Assembly (NCBI RefSeq): GCF_009914755.1 | Contig: NC_060942.1 | Length of the DNA stretch: 64,000 nucleotides | Source: the human T2T-CHM13v2.0 reference genome, Homo sapiens | Reading direction: 5' to 3' (one strand) | In this document: one piece after another, positions 21,660-36,057 of the stretch | Layout of the letters: each line of letters starts with the position of its first letter | Position numbering within the stretch: the first letter of the stretch is position 1 | The notes under the pieces: generated by a model | The model's database searches: none | Seen by the model: only the letters and a program-made list of their open reading frames with translations | What the model was told of the DNA's origin: nothing | Translations under genes and position numbers: made by a program

Positions 21660-22149
21660 CTCCAGCTAAACTGAATTCTATACTGTACATGGATAGGTTA
21701 TCAATAGGAGGCATAAAATGAGACAAAATGAAGTCCTAGGTTTTTGTACTTTTGATATATCTGCAAATAAAATTAATAAAGTTACAGATTCAGAGGTTAA
21801 TTCCCCCATAAGCATGTGCATAGATCTTCTTTAAATGTTAACAGGAGAATGTTAATGATAGATACTCCAGTACAACATGAGAATGGTTTTTATACTTTGG
21901 AAATCTATTTTCTCTCCATTCTGATCTACTTAACCTGAAATTTTGCTTGGCATTTGCATAACTAAGTTGTGATTTATAAAATTAAATAAATTCACATTCT
22001 AACGTTTCAACCCTAAATCTATTTTTCTTTTGTAGTCTAAATTCAAAATGGTGTAAGATATACTGATACATTTCCCTAAAAATGTATTGAACAGTTAACA
22101 ATTATGGATGTCTTTTTAAATTACTTAATTTCACTTCTCAAGAGTTAAC

Positions 22150-25100
22150 AGGCCAGATCAACACTGTTATGACAGCATGAAGAGCTCTGTAGACCCATAC
22201 CTCAGCAAAATTGGTGAAAATTATAAAACATACAACGAACAAAAAGTCTCTGGAAGTCATCCTAAGGACATACAGTAAATGAGGAAACATCTATTCAAAA
22301 ATAACAGCTAAGATTTAGTAATAACAGTGAGAGTCTGTGGTATTTGAACCAAGATCACTCTCACAACAAACCCCTTCCAGTTGAGACAGAAACTTCACTC
22401 TACACTGATGTAGCAAAAATTCAAAGCTACCAGTAAGAGGGCTATCTACCCAGGAGGGGCAAGATCTCAGCATTTCTCATCTGGCATTCAGCTCCTTATT
22501 GCTAAAGCCAAGTTCTAGGTAAATGTAGTCAAAGTGGGAGCACATCTCTTTCAATCAGGCTTCACTCATAGAATGAAAGCTTCACCTACACTAGAGCTCA
22601 GTTCCTAAGGTAGAGGTGTCAGTTGGAGAGAAGTACGTCATTGTCCTCACTCCCAGCTCCGGAGACTTTGCCTGGGAGGAGAAGGAGACCATAATGTAGC
22701 ACTTAATCTCTTACTAAAGGAACTAAATTAATTTGCAACAGAGCAAAGAGAAGTTTTAGGCTAAGGGAACTTCCAAAAACTAAATAGAGGTTTTAGTGGA
22801 CGGCAACTGGAAGGAGATTGGCAGATTAATTGAAAATATAGACTAAACTGTAGGGCAGTTAAGTTTGCAGGAGAGAACAAGGAAAGAGACAATTAGGAGG
22901 TGCCTTCCTGGGGACAGAACAAATCTCAAACACTGACATTGGTAACCATTCCTTCAAAGGCACCTGAGTTTTATTGCCTTAGTCTGTACAGCATTAGTCT
23001 GAACAGCAAATTATACTCCAGTGCATTGTTGAAAATAATAGAAATATCAGCCAGTAATTAGTGGCAACTAATAGCTGGGTGTGATTAGAGAAATAAATAG
23101 TCTAAGAGAGCTTAACAAAACCACTGTCATCCAGGGTGAGTGTGGGCATACCCAAAGCTCCACTTCCCTGAGAAGCAACATCAGACCCTTAACATGATGT
23201 AGTAGAAAGGGAAAAATAGACTTCACTGAAATAATCAAGAAAGTCACTAACCAAATAAACAAGCAAATAACAATAACAAACCCTGTGTTGGGGGTTAGGA
23301 GGTGGGAAATACCTGTAGTATTTAAAATGGGAAGTTTCCCACAACAACAACAACAAAACCCTAATATATGCAAAGGAACAGGAAAGTATGGCCCGTATAC
23401 TGGAAATAAATAGGCAACAGAAACTGTATGAGTGAGCAGATGTTAGGTTTAACAGAATAAGATGTCAAAGTAGCCATTATAAATATGTTGGAAAAACAAA
23501 AAGAAGCGATGATTAAAGATGTAAAGGAAGATATGATGAGAATTTCACATCAATAAATAGAAATAATAAAAAGAATCAAATGGAAATTCTGGAGTTGAAA
23601 AGTATAGTGATTGTAATAAAAAAATCTACTAGAAGGGATTAACAGTAGATTTGACCTGATAGAAGAAAGAGGAAAAAAAAGAAAACACAAAATACAACTT
23701 TTTTAAAAGTGAAACACTTAGATTCAAAGATACAAATATACTGAAAGTAAAAGAATGGAAAAAGATATATAATGAATATAGAAACCATAAAAGGTTGAGT
23801 GGCTACATTAATATAAGACAAAATAGACTTTAAAACAAAAAACTGCTACTAGAGATAAAACGAGACATCTTACAATGACAAAATCTATCAGGAAGATATG
23901 ACAATTATAAACTATATGAACCTAATAATACAGTATTATACCAATAAACAGGAAAAAATAACATCAATGAAAGATGACTAGACAATTAAATAATAATAGA
24001 TAATAGTTGAAGATTTCAACACTCCACTTCCTGGAATAGATAGAATAACTAGGCAGAGGAACAACAACAAAAACCAGAAGACCTAAAAACAACATTATAC
24101 TCCAGCTAGACCTAATGGACATTGATAGAACATTCTACCCAACAACAGCAATATATATGTATTCTTTTCAAGTGCATGTGGATCATTCTGCAGGTTAGAC
24201 AATATTCTAGGACATAAAGCCAATCTTCATGAATGCAAATTTATTGAAATAGTATAAAATGTGTTCTGACTTCAACAAAAATTAAATTAGAAATCACAAA
24301 CTCACAAATATGTAGAAATTAAGCAATACATGCACAAATAACCAATTGGTCAATAAAGAAATCAAAAGTTAAGTTAGAAAATACTTTTAAGTAAATGAAA
24401 ATGATGACACAACATACCCAATCTTGTGAGATGCAACTAAAGCAGTGCTTAGTGGAAAATTTCTAGCTGTAGGCACTTATATTAAAAAAGAATAAAGATC
24501 TCAAATCAAAAACTGAAAATTCCACCTTAACACACAGGAAAACAAAGGACAAACAAAACGTAGTACAAGCAAAAGAAAGAAAATAATGAAGATTTGAGTG
24601 GAAATTAATGAAATAGAGAATAGAGAAACAATAGGCAAAAACGAATAAAATCAAAAGCTGGTTCTTTGAAAAGGTCAACAAAAAGACAAAACTTTAGTAG
24701 ATCAACAATGAAAAGAAAGAAAAACTAATGTTCCAAATATAAGTGAAACAGGGAACTAACAGAAATAAAAAAGACTATAAAGAATACTATGAACAATTAA
24801 ATGCCAATAAATTAGTACCTTAGATGACATGGAAAAACTCCTAGAAATACACAAACTACTGAAACTGACTTAAGCATAAGCAATCATGGTAGACATATAA
24901 GTGTAGGCACTGAGTTAGTAGTCAAAAACTATTATAAAGAAAAGCCAAGTCCCAAATTGCTTCACTTTTGAATTCTACCAAACGTTTAAAAACAGATGAC
25001 TATCAATTATTCACTCTTCTAAGAAATAGAAGAAAAGGGAACAGTTGCCAACTTTATGTATGAATTGAATATTACTCTGATACCAAAACCAGCTACAGAC

Positions 25101-26190
25101 ATCACAAAGAAAGAAAACTAAAGACTACTATTTTTTATAAATATGGATACAAACATCCTCAACAAAATATTAGCAAACCAAGTCCAGAAGCACATGAATA
25201 TAATTGTACCTATTATATGATCTACTAAGATTTATTCAGGACTATATTGAATTAATATCTAAAAAACTGTCAATCATATCAACAGAATAAAAATATTGTC
25301 TCAATAGACACACAAAAAGCATTTGACAAAATCCAACATCATTTCATGAGAAAAACTTAACAAACTAGAAATCAAAGGGAACTTAATGAATCTCAGAGAA
25401 ACGTCTACCAAAACCCTTTCTTTCCTTTCTTCTATTGGGTCACATCAAAGTATTTTCTAACTTACCTTTTGATTTCTTCATTGACTGAATGGTTATTTAT
25501 GAATGTATTGTTTAATTTCTACATATTTTTGAGTTTGCAAATGTCATTTTTTATTGATTTCTAATTTAATTTTTATTGGAGTCAGAACACATTTTGTACT
25601 ATTTCAATAAATTTGTATTCATGAAGATTGGCTTTACGTCCTAGAATATGGCCTAATTTGGAGAATGATCCATAGCAATTGAAAAGAATACATGTATGTT
25701 GCTGTTGTTGGGTGGAGTAGTCTATCCTATTAGGTCTAGCTGGAGTATAATGTTGTTTAAGTCTTCTTTTTGTTGTTGTTATTCTTCTGCCTAGTTATTC
25801 TAACCATTCCAGGAAGTAGGGTATTGAAGTCTTGAAATAGTATCTACTTCAGCTAATATCATACTTAATGTTGAAAGACTGGATGAATTAACCAAAGATC
25901 AGAATAAAGACAAGGATGCATGCTCTCACTATTTCTATTCAAAATTGTCCTGGAGATTCTAGCTAGTGAAGTTAGATAAGAAGGAGATAGGGCCATTTAG
26001 AACGGAAAAAAAAGAAAGAAAACCAACTTTATTCACAGATGACATAATCTCATACGGAGAAATTCCTAAGCAGTCTCCTAAAACTCTATTAGAAATAATT
26101 ATAGAAAGTTGAAAATGGAAGGATACAAGATTCATATACAAAAATCAGTAGTATTTCTGTACATTTGTAATGAACAATGCAAAAATGAAT
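22150..26190 (+). mobile_element. Old L1M: 5' region, ORF1 remnant and ORF2 EN/RT remnant
   Basis: ORF2 motifs (gcatttgacaaaatccaaca, acaaggatgcatgctctcac, ttcacagatgacataat = F-D-D motif); interrupted at 25418-25846. Confidence 0.85.
25447..25846 (-). repeat. Inverted copy of 23997-24387 inserted into the same L1
   Basis: Reverse complement aligns by eye and shares long exact strings. Confidence 0.85.
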
Positions 26191-26223
26191 TTTGTATCTA
26201 TTTATTTTAATTTAAGTCCAAGA

Positions 26224-27360
26224 TTTTTTTTCAAATTTATTTTATAATCAGGGATTACATATGCAGGTTTGTTACAAAGGCATATTGCATGATGCTAAGG
26301 TTTGAAGTATGAATGAATCCATCACCAAGGTAGTGAGCATAGTATCCAATAGGTAGCACTTCAACACTTTCCCTCTTCCATCTGGTATTTCCCAGGATCT
26401 GTTGCTCTCATCTTTATTTCCATGTGTACCTAATGCTTAGGGCCCACTTATAAGTGAGAACATATGGTCTTCTGTTTTTGTATTAATTTGCTTAGAATAA
26501 TGGCTTCCAGCTGCAGTTATCTTGCTAGAAAGAAAATGATTTCATTCTTCTTTTACGGCTGCATAGTATTCCATGGCATGTATGTACAATATTTTCTTTA
26601 TCAAGTCCACTGTTGATGGGAACCTGGCTTGATTCCATGTCTTTGCTATTGCGAATAGCACTGTGATTAACATACAGGTACATATGTCTTTTTGGTAAAA
26701 TAATTTATTTTCCTATGGGTGTATATATACCCAGTAATGGGATTACTGGGTCAAATGGTAGTTCAACTCTTAGTTTAAGTTCCTTACGCATTCTGGATGT
26801 TGAACTTTTGTCAGATGCATAATTCGCAAATATATTTTTTCCAATTCTGTATGTTTTCTGTTGATAATTTATTTTGCTGTGCATAAGCTCTTTAGTTTAA
26901 CTAGGTTCCACTTGTCAATTTTTGTTGCATTTATTTTTGAGTACTTACTAATTAATTTTTTGCCAAAGCGGATGTCCAGAAGGGTATTTCCTAGGTTTTC
27001 TTGGAGAATTTTAATAGTTTGAGGTTTTTAATCCATCTTGGATTAGTTTTTCTGATATGGTGAAAGATAGGTTTCTGGTTTTATTCTTTTGCATATCAAC
27101 AGCCAATTATCCCAGCAGCATTTGTTGAATGGGGTGTCTGTTCCCTATTGCTTATTTGCATTCACATTGTCAAAGATGGTTGTAGGTGTGTGGCTTTATT
27201 TCTGGGGTCTCTATTGTTTTTGATTGTTTTATATATCTGTTTTTGTACCAATACCATGCTGTTTTGGTTAGTGTGGCTCTGAAGTATAGTTTGAGGTGGG
27301 GTAATGTGATGCCTCTGGCTTTGTTCTTTTTGCATAGGATTGCTTTGACTTTTCTGGTTA
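26224..27360 (-). mobile_element. 5'-truncated L1PA15/16-like element with an internal deletion near 26775
   Basis: Reverse 3'UTR (catatgcaggtttgttaca, gtagtgagcatagtatccaatagg); ORF2 C-terminal peptide [29 protein letters not shown] (27170..27379). Confidence 0.88.
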
Positions 27361-27427
27361 TAAAAGAACAAAGCCACAAGCATCACATTACCTCACATCA
27401 AACTATACTTCAAAGTATACACTTCGC

Positions 27428-27562
27428 ATATATACTTTATATATAAATAAGTATATATACTTTACATAAATATATACACATATACTTTATATATAAATAT
27501 ATACACATATATTTATAGGTAAGTATATATACTCTATATACTTTATATATATACTCCATATA
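27428..27562. repeat. (TA)-rich low-complexity repeat
   Basis: Read directly. Confidence 0.85.
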
Positions 27563-27569
27563 TGTAGAA

Positions 27570-28110
27570 ATACCACAAAATGAAAACATATATTCACATA
27601 AAAATTTGCACATGAATTTCATAGCAGCATTATTCATAATAGCCAAAAAGTAAAAACAACCCAAATGTCCATCAATTGATAAATAGATAAGCAAAATTTG
27701 GTATTGTATAGCTGTACAATGACATATTATTGTCCATTGGGCTGAATAATGAAGGAATGAAATATGGACCCATACTACAAAATGGACAGATCTTAAAAAA
27801 TAATATTCTATGTTAAAGAAAGCAGTCATAAAGATGACATCATATATGATTCCCTATGTGAAATGTCTAGAATAGAAAAATCTACAGAGCCAGAGGTAGT
27901 TTAATGGTTGCTTAGAGATGAGTAAGATGGGAAGAAAGAGAGTCATAGTTAAGGGGTATAATGTTTCTTTGTGAGGTGATGGAAATCAAAAATTAACCAT
28001 AGTGATGGTTGCATATATCTGCAAGTATACTAAGAACCACTGAAATGTACACTTTAAATTGGTGAATTGCATGGTATATGAATCTTTACAAATAATGCTA
28101 CTAAAAAAGA
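27570..28110 (+). mobile_element. L1M 3' end (probably the continuation of the 22150-26190 element)
   Basis: atagcagcattattcataatagccaaaaag, gtacactttaaattggtgaattgc. Confidence 0.8.
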
Positions 28111-28947
28111 AAGAGTTGATGGAATGGGTTAGCCAATTCCCTTTCAATATAAACCATAGATTTGCTTACCTCTTTTTTATCTATATGAAATCACTCTTTT
28201 TCTCCATGAATGCTCCCCAGTATTATATACCTTTTGAGGTCAGGAATAACAGATGAAGGAGAAAATGTGATTAACTGCCAGAAGAATATACTGGTGGGCA
28301 GAAAAAGAAAGGCCCAGCCTTTTCTTATATTTATGCTATCTATTACATGATTTGTAGAGAAAAAGCTTGCAAAATTATGAATAAACTGACTTGAAAAAGA
28401 GAAAATATATGGGGAAACAAAGATATGTGCCCATAGATGGTATATTTTTGGACAACACTTTTTAAATATATGAAAATTAAAAGTTAGTGTTTCAGTAATG
28501 AGGCACAGGTTCAGTATGTCCACGTGACAAGTGTTCAATCAATGTTTGCTTGCTTGTCAATTAAATTAATGAATGACCAGGAGATGTGCTACAGAGGATC
28601 TGCAGGGAAAACACTTCCATGAGTTTAGTACATAGATGGCCCTTGAAATGTATTTATTTTCCTCCTCACTCTTCTTCCCCTTCCACATGCTTCACTTACA
28701 TTTTTCATCACCATATACTTATAGTTGCTGAGTAGAATGTAAAAAACAATGTGGAGAGAGAAGACAATGACAGTTTTCTTAAACTGCTTGCTAACAGTCC
28801 TTCAGAAAACTTAAAGTAGATTTTGTACAGTGGATTTTTGAGCTGAAGAGACCACCTAGTGCAACTCCCTCATTTTTATGATGTCTAAATTCAGAGAAGT
28901 AGGTGTATTGTCCCTCAACACTTTTTTTTGATACAGATAATGCTGAG

Positions 28948-29116
28948 TTTTTTTTTTTTTTTTTTAGACAGTCTGCTCCATTGCCCATGCTGGAGTGCAG
29001 TGGCACAATCATAGTTTATTGGCTGTGTGCTCTAACTCCTGGGCTGGCTTAATCAATCCTCCCACCTCTGCCTCTTGAGTAGCTGGGACTGTAGGTGTGT
29101 TCCATCACACCTGGCT
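28948..29116 (-). mobile_element. Single right-arm Alu monomer (FRAM or truncated AluJ)
   Basis: Poly(T) plus right monomer; TSD agataatgct on both sides. Confidence 0.85.
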
Positions 29117-29275
29117 AGATAATGCTAATTTTTTTATTTTCTTTTATAATATCTATATACTCACAATAATGGTTACATTGTTATTATGAATATAACACAC
29201 TAAGAAATATTATAAAAATATAATGTTATTTTCTAAGGCAATTATGAATGTACATATAATATGTTTATTGACTAG

Positions 29276-29755
<480 letters not shown>

Positions 29756-31504
29756 TGACAACTTTTAATTGATAATTTTTCCTTCTGAGCCAGAACATAA
29801 TATATCAGCAGGATAGGAAGCCACTAGCAAGTATTTGCAACTAAGACAAAAGATGAAAACTATTTGTCATTTCTAAAATGGAGGATATTCAATTGTCATT
29901 CTGACTGGGAACATATCTCATCCAAGAAATCCAGGTTAGGTAGATAACAAATAGTCTTGTAGACTTGTCCAATCATTCGGCATTTATCCTGACTGTCCAT
30001 GAGGAGTCTAATTTCTAAGAGATAATGTGGTCCGTACAGTCAACCTGCTCAGGAGCTGGCCAGTTGCTCAGAGTGGGAAGCCAGTCAAAAGGCCTATAAA
30101 ACACAACCTTCTCTTTGCAAGTATTGTAGATTGTCAATGTCAGAATTTCCTTGAATGTTATACTATACCACGATTCAACACTCTGTTGGGTATTTAGGAT
30201 TCAACTATGAATAAAAACATTGTGTTTGCCCTCAATTTATTTCATTCTAACTATCATAGAGTAAGGAAATTTAAACCTATGTATGTTTTTATACCAGTCT
30301 TTTCCTCCCATAGTTCTTTATTTTCCATTAAACTGGCAAAATTCTTGCGGAACATATCAGTCAGTTTCAGTCTTGATAAGAAAGACTAGGAAGAGATTTG
30401 CAACTGTAATTGGATCAAGATCTCAATGTCCACATCATATTCTTGAGACCTGGTGATATTCTCCCAAATTAAATCAAAGAATCCCAAAAGGTTAAAACTC
30501 TGGACAGTGTAAGCACTTGATAATGTCTCTTCCATCTCAAGGGAACAAAAATATCCATATTATTAATTATGGGCAAAGGTTATCTAAAATACCTCAGTGC
30601 CTGGAAACTTCTCTGCAGACAACATAAAATGCTAATTTCTATTTTTTCTACTCAGAAGTACTGAATAATGCTGTTATAACAAAGAAGTTATTAACATTCA
30701 AAAACATGACTTAGAGAGAGATGGTGATTTCATACTGAATTATTTTCTAAAGGAATTATAAACATGAATATAGAAAATGTAACAAAAATAAAATGTAAAC
30801 AGTTTAAACTCTGAAATGGTAGGTCCTCACAGAAAAACAAGAAAGTAAATCTTAAGGAATATGTTCCTATATTTTAGAAATTAGGACAATATATCTTAAT
30901 GTACATCAACAGTCTCAGTGTAAGAGTGATTGTAATTCAGTTATTCCTAGTAACTATATGATAGATGGTTCAGAAAGCATAATCATTTTTAGTATAGTAG
31001 GGTACAATTCAATACAACTTCTCTTTACGTGAATTCTTCCTAAATAGACTGAGATTAGCATGCATTCCAAAGCACTAATTTTTTAGTGCTGCAAATAATG
31101 CGAACTACATTTCCTAATCACGGACTGTAGGTTTGTTCTACTACGCAATTCCAAACTACATAATTGTCCTTACCTTTTATTCTTCCCATACCTATAGCAT
31201 TAGCTAAGAACAATATTCCCTTTGTTACCTTTCAGCTAGTCTGATTTAGTAAACATCTGCTAGAAATTGTGCTAAATATTAATGTCTTAAAGACTTCATA
31301 GCCCTGACACAGTCTAAGTAATGGATAGAAGCACACCACGTCAACATGACATGTGCAGGTGCGTGTGTGTCTGTGTTTGTGTGATGGCAAGGGCAGGGTA
31401 GAGGGGTGGGGCAGGATAAGGAAAGCAGACACAATGAACTTTCTACATAGAAGAAAAACCTGTTCGATGATGACATTTCTTTTTTTATTATTATTTTTAT
31501 TTTT

Positions 31505-31603
31505 AGGCCTGTCAAGTGAAGCAATGGGAATGGACAAGGAATAAAGAAATCTGTAACTGTGTGTGATCAATTAATTGTAAACACCACTGCACTCAGACCA
31601 GAC
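31505..31603 (-). pseudogene. Y3 RNA (RNY3) retropseudogene with A-rich tail at 31478-31504
   Basis: Reverse complement gtctggtctgagtgcagtggtgtttacaattaattgatcacacacagttacagatttctttattccttgtccattcccattgcttcacttgacaggcct matches hY3 over its full length. Confidence 0.93.
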
Positions 31604-31859
31604 AAAGACAATATTTCATAAAGACTGGAACTCAGGTTTCACCATAGAGAGCGTTAAGTGCTAATACTGAAATTAATCATAATACTACATTTAGGTACTG
31701 AAGTGGGAAGAATAGAGGGTGCTGTGAAAGCATGGACTAGGAGAGGCAATTATCTTCAAACTGGGTGTCACAGCAGCTTGAGGCCAGTGCCATCCACACA
31801 GAAACCTACCTTAGTGACTTGTAGTACCACTCACCCAGGTCCCCATGCCAGAAACAAAG

Positions 31860-32490
31860 TCAACAAAATACCTTGCTTAGATTATTTCAAAGGCATTTTA
31901 AATTGTCTCCTTGACTCCACCTTGGCTCATCCAGTTCTCAACAGTTTTAAAACTAAAATCTTATCCTCACTACTCATAGTAGTGACAATAGTCAAATTTA
32001 TAAGTATAATTTATAAGGACTTTTGAAATGTGGCCCTCTTTACTTTTTCAGACTCATTTTTTTCCAGTAGCCCCCCCATTCTCCAAGCTCTTGCTGCACT
32101 GATGTTCTTTCAGTTCCTCAAACATGCCATGCTTAGGCTTGTCTCCAAGTTTTGTTTCCACCTGGGGCTAGACCTTTAGCTTAGAATGCAAAGCTTCTTT
32201 CTTGTCTAGCTCCTACGCATTCTTTAGTTTCCTAATGAGATATTATACCTTCTGGAGAAGAAGTCCTGACTCCCAAGACCCAAACCAGTGTCTTTTCCTG
32301 CACTTTGACCATACCATGTCTTCTTGTTCCACCTCCAACGTCTTGCTAATGAACAGCGTGACCCAACCAGATGAGAACCTCTGAGAAAAAGGAACCACCT
32401 CCATCTTCTTCACTCTGGTATTTCTAGGTAGCAACACAGTACTTGGCTCACAGGAGAGGCTTAATAAATACTCATTAAATGATAAATAAA
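31860..32490 (+). mobile_element. L2 3' region
   Basis: Ends agcaacacagtacttggctcacaggagaggcttaataaata. Confidence 0.65.
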
Positions 32491-33564
32491 ATGTAAACAC
32501 TTTGCATCAAAATGTACTATTAAATAAAAATCTCCAATCTAAATGTTAAATAAGAATTTGCAATACTCATACCAATTAAGTCCCCATTTACTTTCTTATT
32601 TATGAAAAAAGGCACTACATGATGACTCAGAATCATTGTGGATTCATGAAAGTTCCATTAAGGGCTCACATTTTACTCTACTGTAATTGAAGTCTGAAGT
32701 GACCATGATTTACATTTAAGATAAAAACCCGGGATCATGATGTAGGCATTCTTTAATTCTTTATATGAAACTTGTATGAGTAAACATTATCCCCATTTTT
32801 CAAAAAGAGGAGTGCCAGGAAAACCCACTCAAAATCATTCTCTGTGTCCTTGCATAATAATTGTTTTTCTGGAGGTGCAGACATAATTTTACATGTTATT
32901 TTTGTTACTTACGTGAGCATTTAGTTCAAAAATCTACCCTTTCTGTGAACTTCTTAAGAACAAGCATTAAAGTACATGATTATCTTCTGGATTTTATTGA
33001 TATTTCCCAGGGTTCTGAAATTTTCTTCATGTAAGTATGCTGCCTAGTGAGTATCTTTATTATTGTATGTGTTTTATTATAATTATCTATGTAGCTGTCT
33101 CACTCAATAGATTGAGCTTTTATAGGGTAGCAACTGCATTTTGTTGATTTTTGCATCCTCAGTGGCTGGCATGATATGTGGCATATCGTACACCCTGAAT
33201 AAATATTTGTTTAAAAAGTGAAATAAAGTTTACCCTACCACTTTTGCAAATCTAACACTTTGATTATATTAAAAACCTTAAGGATTTAGAAGAGCATATC
33301 ATTTAGCTTTCTAAAAATGTATATGCAACCACATATTTCCTGCTGCTGGAAATCTTTTTCTTATTAATTTTCCCTGTAAGATAAAGTATAAGCCCTTCAG
33401 TATGCATATGATACCTTCTTGTTCTGGCCCCTGCCTTATCTCCTCTCATTACTGCCTCACCTCTGGTATAAGGATGCCCTAGTGCCCATCATTCTCATAC
33501 ACACTTCACACTCTCCTGTTCTTCAGCAAGACTGTTTGGTTATCATTTGCTTCACTTACTGCCT

Positions 33565-34209
33565 TGTAAACTAAAAATAAAATTCTAAGGCCCTCAACTA
33601 ACTAACAGATCCTCCCCCTGGCCAAGGGCATTCCAAAGTTAACCTGAAACCTAGTTCAGGGCATGATGGGAAGTGGGGGGTCAGACGTGCCTCATTATAC
33701 CCTCCTCCCTTTGGAATTCAGGCACAGCTGACCAGCATTAACATCAAAATACAGACCTTAAGACAGATTCTTTAAGTCTGATAAGAGACATTTATAATCT
33801 AGTCTCTTTGAAGCCTGCTACCTGGAGGCTTCATCTGCATAATAAAATACTTCCTCTCTACAATCCCTTATCTTAACTCAGACACTACTTTTTATTGATT
33901 CCAGGTCTTTAGATAACTCTTTCAATCAACTGCCCATCAGAAAATCTTTGAATCCACCTATGACCAGGAAACCACTCCTCTCCCTTCCAGTTATCCCACA
34001 TTTACAGACCAAACCAGTGTCCATGTTACATGTATTGATTGATGTCTTATGGCTTCCTAAAAACGTATAAAACTAAGCTGCAGCCTGACCACTTTGGGCA
34101 CAAGTTCTCAAGCTCGCCCAAGGCTGTGCCATGGGCCACTGGTCACTCATATATGGCTCAAAATAAATCTCTTCAAATATTTTGCAGAGTTTGATTCTTT
34201 TTGTCAACA
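33565..34209 (+). mobile_element. MER4-group ERV1 solo LTR
   Basis: tgtaaactaaaaataaaattctaag...ttgtcaaca; 4-bp TSD gcct/gcat. Confidence 0.88.
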
Positions 34210-36057
34210 GCATCATTTCATTCATTTATAGTTATAACACATGTAATGACAGCACCTTTTAATTTTGTCTTGGAACAACAGTAAACATTTTAAAGATATT
34301 TTTTGTTTTGTTTTCATTTGATTTTCATCACAGTTCCCATATCCTTAACATTTTACTCAGGGCTTAGCATATAATAAAAAGCAAACCTATGTTGATGATT
34401 ATATAAATAATTTTTTGCAATAAAGATCATTCTCTCATGTTATGGTTAAGTAAACTGAGTTAAAGAGAGATTAACTATCTAAACCCACACACCCTAGTCA
34501 AATTAAAATTGCTTCTATTCATTTTTCTGGCTGGAAACTATTTTTCTTTTAAAACCCAGGTAAGGTGACATTTTCAGGAAAATCTTCCCAGACCACCTCA
34601 AACTGACATCCCTATTCCTCCTCTCAATAAAATGAATCTTCCTCTTATATTCATGACTTACTTTCAATATTACTTTATTGCACTTATCAGACTGTCATGT
34701 TGTAGCAAGTTTAATGTCTCCTTGCTTTTCTTGATGCCTTGGGAGTGCAAACCTATGCTTTTTCCATTTCTGCACTTTCAGGGCTTATTTCCTATTTGGT
34801 GCTCAAACTGCTAAATTCAACTGAAAAGTAAATGTTGAGATACCGTGTTAAAATACCAACTTTATCTTATATTTTATTGTTTTAATCATACAGATATTAT
34901 AACCAAAAGTAATTTAAAAACTAATATAAATGCAATGAATCCTTTTACTACATGTTTTTTCTTTTTCTGAAGAAATCATATATTGGTTCATGCCTCAGTG
35001 CTTTGAGATTTGTCCTCCAGGGACATGCAATTCAATGGCCCATTTTGCTTTTCCATCTACTCCATCTCTCTCTGCATCCTTCAAAATGATCCATTGCCAT
35101 CTTTTCGTGTACTTTGGGACTGGCTATGCTGGATTCTTCCTGTTTTCTGGCTCTCTGCTTCATCTTGATCCTTCATCACTGTTTTCTCTTCTTTCATACA
35201 TTAGTGAAAGGCTCAGATCTTCTGACTGGCAACTTCCCTTATGGCAACCTGGTGACACTCTTCAGGCCTCTATTTCTTTTCTTTCTGGGCCTCATCCTCA
35301 CTATTGACCTCACATTGCCAGCTATCAGCCAAAATTAATGGTCCTCTAGCACTTGAAACTCCATAATCTCAAAACTGAGGCTGGCAATGCTCCTGCCCTG
35401 GCAATGGCTCTTACGCCTGTCCTCTGGAGAATGATCTCCACCTTCTGTCTCTTGCATCCTCAAACCATTCAACGTAGTGCTGAGATGTCCTCCTGGCCAA
35501 GGCTCACACTCATTGCATCACTGTAATGCTTACATACTTCGATGATTCCCCATACTCAGGGAAAAAAATCAAATAGCCTGCCAGGCCTAACCCTCTGGAA
35601 AGTGCCTCTCCTGACTTGCCTTCATGCACCCCTCAGTCCTTCTGAACTCCATGGTTATTTTCTCCCAGATAACCTTGCTGCCTGCTGCTTTTGTGACTAT
35701 TCTCTTCTTTCTTTTCACCTTCTCAAATTTCTCTCATGAAAGTGATGCTTATAATTTGGGCTCATACAACATGCCTTCTTCCTTGAAGCCTTCTTCAATT
35801 TCCTACTTTGTGTTTTCACAGAACATTTTTTGCATATAAAAACTGACTTTTTTTTACATTTTATTTTAGTTAATTCAGTAACTGGTATTTCTCTTTCAGA
35901 AACAATTTTATAGCTCTCAGTCTTTAATAGGGCACCATACTTATATAGAAACTGATGAATATTTGATAACTGGTACAGTTCTGATCCAAAGATTGTTCCA
36001 AATAATACTAAATTTATTAAATTATTTCAGCATTCTAAGACATCTCTAAGGAGAAAA

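Noticed and set aside
30085-30110. TATA-like cctataaaa as a promoter
   Set aside because: No CpG island or supporting elements; expected by chance in AT-rich DNA
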